40,252 bases of DNA from Chloroflexota bacterium (GTDB lineage Bacteria > Chloroflexota > Limnocylindria > Limnocylindrales > CSP1-4). Numbering within the stretch: the first letter of the stretch is position 1; each line of letters begins with the position of its first letter. The position numbers and the translations under genes are program-made. The notes under the pieces were generated by a model. The model worked only from the letters and a program-made list of their open reading frames with translations. It was not told the origin of the DNA and made no database searches. Below, one piece after another: positions 37,521 to 40,252 of the stretch. The stretch lies in the NCBI GenBank assembly GCA_031431535.1, contig JANPDO010000246.1, positions 1 to 40,252 on the forward strand, in the 5' to 3' direction.

Positions 37521-38684
37521 ATGGCAACTGAAGCACGAGCAGGCTTCCGGCTCCCGTGGGCGACCGGCTCGGATGAGCCCGAGAATCAACCCGCGATGGG
37601 CGAGGGCCCGGTGGCCCAGGAGGCCCTGGAACCCGCCATGATCGAGATCATCGAGACCGCCATGACCATCGAGACCGCCGCGACGCCCGGACCATCCATC
37701 GACTCGGAGGGAGCAGGCGGCCCGCCGGCCCGCCGCGCGACCGAGTTCATGGCCGAGTTGAGTCGAGCGATGCAGGCAGCGATCCAGAGCGCCCGATCCG
37801 ATTCGATGGCCAGCCTCCAGGTGGAGGCCAAGCGCGTTGTCGAGGAAGCCCAGGCCCGTGCGACCGCCGAGGCCGCGGACCTGCGCCGCGAAGCCGATGA
37901 CGATGTCGTGGCCATCCGCGATTGGTCAAAGACCGAGATCGCCCGCGTCCGTGAGGCGACAGAGGCACGGATCGCGGCCCGAAAGGCGGGGCTCGACGGC
38001 GAGATGGAAGAACACGCCGCGATGATCGATGCCCGGATCGGCCGGGTTGCGGCCGTTGTCGCCGCGTATGAGGCCGAGTTGGCTGTCTTTTTCGAGCGCC
38101 TCAACGCTGAAGAGGATCCGACCGGGATCGCGAAGATGGCTGGGACCATGCCCGATCCTCCGAGCCTGGCCGATATGGCCGCCTCGATCGACGCCTCGAG
38201 CGAGCCAACGTCCGAGCGCCTGTCGAGGCTGCTCGCGGCGCCGCCGGATCAGGAGGTCTCAACGGGGATCGACTTCGCCGCGGCCGAGGCAGAGGCAACG
38301 TCCTTCATCGGCGTGTCCGAGAGCGAGGACGAACGCGCGGCGGACGAGGCCGAACAGCCTGCATCTGCGTCCTTCGAAGGTCCTGCCCTGGCAGTCGAGG
38401 ATGCGCCCGCCTACGAACTAAGCTCCACCCGGGTGGTCGTATCGGGACTGGAGAGCGTCGCCAATATCGCGAACTTCAAGCGCAGCCTCGGTCGGCTGCC
38501 GGGCGTCTCGGCAATCGCGGTCGCCTCCGGGCGCAATGGCGCCTTCGCCTTCACTGTTGGTCACCGTCTCGGGTCGTCGCTCGCAGCGTCGATCCAGGCC
38601 ATGGCCAACTTCGACATCCAGCTCTCCGAGGAGAGCGACGAGGCCATCATTGTCACGGCGCTCGATCGCCACCCCAACGACTGA
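37521..38684 (+). CDS. Hypothetical acidic coiled-coil protein with small C-terminal alpha/beta domain
   Basis: SD-like AGAGG before ATG 37521; long A/E/R helical segment; C-terminal TRVVVSGLES...FKRSLGRLPGV..I.V. Confidence 0.78.
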   Translation: MATEARAGFRLPWATGSDEPENQPAMGEGPVAQEALEPAMIEIIETAMTIETAATPGPSIDSEGAGGPPARRATEFMAELSRAMQAAIQSARSDSMASLQVEAKRVVEEAQARATAEAADLRREADDDVVAIRDWSKTEIARVREATEARIAARKAGLDGEMEEHAAMIDARIGRVAAVVAAYEAELAVFFERLNAEEDPTGIAKMAGTMPDPPSLADMAASIDASSEPTSERLSRLLAAPPDQEVSTGIDFAAAEAEATSFIGVSESEDERAADEAEQPASASFEGPALAVEDAPAYELSSTRVVVSGLESVANIANFKRSLGRLPGVSAIAVASGRNGAFAFTVGHRLGSSLAASIQAMANFDIQLSEESDEAIIVTALDRHPND

Positions 38685-38720
38685 CGCATCGGCCCGTACT
38701 CGAACCCCAAGGAGTCCTCA

Positions 38721-39950
38721 GTGGCCCGACCCGGCATCATCGTTGCGCTTCCCGACACGGAGTCCGATCTTGTCTTTGCCGAGTTGGCCCTGGCCGGCTT
38801 CGAGGTCATCACGGTTGAGAGCCCGGCCCAGATGGAGGCCGTCCTGGATAGCCGGCGCGACATCGCCCTGGCCATCCTGGACGGAGATATCGACGAACAT
38901 GACACGGAGGCCTACCGTCGTTCGCTGAGCGAGACCGGTCGGTCGGTTCCGGCCTTGACCGTCGTCTCTGCCACGGCATTCGAGCGCGACGCCCTCCTCG
39001 GTGACGGCGACTCTGGTAACGAATACTTCTCGCGCCCCTACTCGCCCGATTCGATCCGCTGGCGGGTCGAGGCGATGTGCATCCGGCGCGAGACCGTCGA
39101 TGACGGGAGCGGTGCGATGTTGCAGGCCGGGCCGAGCCCGTGGGACACGTCAAGCCGCCGCGCCGTGCTGGTGGCGGTGTTCAACGCAAAGGGCGGGGTC
39201 GGCAAGACGATCGTCGCGATCAACCTGGCGTCAACGCTTCAGTCCCGCAAGGGCAGGTCCGTTCTGCTCATCGACGCAAACACCATATCCGGTCATGTCA
39301 CCACGTCGTTCGCAGGGGAAGCCCATCGTACTGTGGCCGACAGCTGGCGCGACGAGACCGAAGGCGGCCCGTCGGAGAGCCTCGCCGAGGTGGCCTCGGC
39401 CCATGGCACCGGACTGAAGGTGGTTGCCCTCACCGATTCACCGGTGCACGCGGAAATCCTCGATCCGTCTCGGGTGGCCGCCGCCATCTCAGCCGCCCGG
39501 GGCTCGTTCGACGTCATCGTCGTCGACATGCACCCGTCGTACAGCGCCCTCAACCAGGCGATCTTCGACGAGGCCGATCGGATCCTCGTGCCGGTCACGC
39601 CCGACGTCCCGGCACTCCGTGCCGCAGTTCAGCTCGTGGAGGTCGCCGACTCGCTCGGCTGTCGTGACCGCCTGGCGATGGTCGTCAATCGCGCCAACAG
39701 CGGCGTTTCGGTTGCCGACATGGAGCGTACCGTCGGGATGTCCGCTTTCGCCCAGATCCGCTCCGCTGGACTGCTCTTCGTGCGTGCAGCCAACGAGGGC
39801 CGGACGGTGGTCGAGATGTTCCCCCGCGAGAAGATCACCGCCGATTTCGACATCCTGGCTGACCGGGTTCTGGGCACCCCAAAGCGGGCGAAGAACGTAC
39901 GAGCTGGCTTCGGCTTCCCGAAGCGCGTGAGGGAACCGGCCCGCGCCTGA
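38721..39950 (+). CDS. Pseudo-receiver plus MinD/ParA/CpaE-like ATPase
   Basis: SD AAGGAG then GTG; receiver-like N-terminus (LAILDGD, FSRPY); deviant Walker A KGGVGKT, LLIDA, VVD, VVNR, A.NEG. Confidence 0.85.
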   Translation: MARPGIIVALPDTESDLVFAELALAGFEVITVESPAQMEAVLDSRRDIALAILDGDIDEHDTEAYRRSLSETGRSVPALTVVSATAFERDALLGDGDSGNEYFSRPYSPDSIRWRVEAMCIRRETVDDGSGAMLQAGPSPWDTSSRRAVLVAVFNAKGGVGKTIVAINLASTLQSRKGRSVLLIDANTISGHVTTSFAGEAHRTVADSWRDETEGGPSESLAEVASAHGTGLKVVALTDSPVHAEILDPSRVAAAISAARGSFDVIVVDMHPSYSALNQAIFDEADRILVPVTPDVPALRAAVQLVEVADSLGCRDRLAMVVNRANSGVSVADMERTVGMSAFAQIRSAGLLFVRAANEGRTVVEMFPREKITADFDILADRVLGTPKRAKNVRAGFGFPKRVREPARA

Positions 39951-40023
39951 GGTAGCGGACCTGGCGGTCGCCAAGCCCGAATCGATCGACGCCCTGGGCT
40001 GACCGACCCGGTCGATCGATGGC

Positions 40024-40052
40024 CCAGGCGTAATTCCCACGGACGTTGTTGA
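40024..40052. mobile_element. Degenerate IS481-type terminal inverted repeat
   Basis: ccaggcgtaattcccacggacgttgttga aligns in register with the ends at 1386 and 1677 (CTAG-N-TGT degenerate to CCAG-G-CGT). Minus strand reads VNNVRGNY, like IS481 transposase C-termini. Confidence 0.55.
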
Positions 40053-40171
40053 CAAGGGCCGTCATCCGGACCTGTGCGTCCAGTGAGGTATGGGGCCGGC
40101 CGTGATGCCAGACGACGCCGTTGGTGATGGTCCCCGGTGAAGTTGGGACTGGTCAGGCGTCACCCGCGCCG

Positions 40172-40252
40172 CCATCACGCGCCATCCCCCGCCCATCACG
40201 CGCCATCCCCCGCCCATCACGCGCCATCCCCCGCCCATCACGCGCCATCCCC
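40172..40252. repeat. 21-bp tandem repeat ccatcacgcgccatcccccgc, at least 3.9 copies, running off the window
   Basis: Exact units at 40172, 40193, 40214 and a partial unit at 40235; ccat recurs every 10-11 bp. Confidence 0.95.

Noticed and set aside
40172-40252. CRISPR array
   Set aside because: Head-to-tail repeats with no spacers and no cas genes.

Overview
High-GC bacterial chromosomal segment. The gene repertoire suggests a monoderm, probably Chloroflexota (Limnocylindria-like); this is inference only. About 36 CDS are supported, mostly housekeeping or metabolic: CE7 esterase, PAC2, GH3, DEAD helicase, RidA, SLT, SpoIID, aquaporin, an Opp/Dpp ABC operon, vapBC, NUDIX, CocE/NonD, thyX, PNP, moaA and a CpaE/MinD-like ATPase. 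No rRNA, tRNA or CRISPR array was seen. Main observations: (1) a GreA with intact acidic tip fused to an N-terminal GIY-YIG-like nuclease domain; (2) a divergent cyclic-nucleotide cassette made of a class III cyclase-STAND-TPR protein with non-canonical specificity residues, two stand-alone cNMP-binding proteins (one canonical, one lacking the pocket Arg), a FOXRED2-like flavoprotein and an SRPBCC protein; (3) an IS481-type MITE with a nested inverted-repeat element, a second 175-bp inverted-repeat element, and another IS481-like end near the window end; (4) a 47-aa zinc-ribbon ORF absent from the ORF track, behind a palindromic operator; (5) frequent leaderless -10 promoters. All family calls come from reading motifs by eye; no database search was run.
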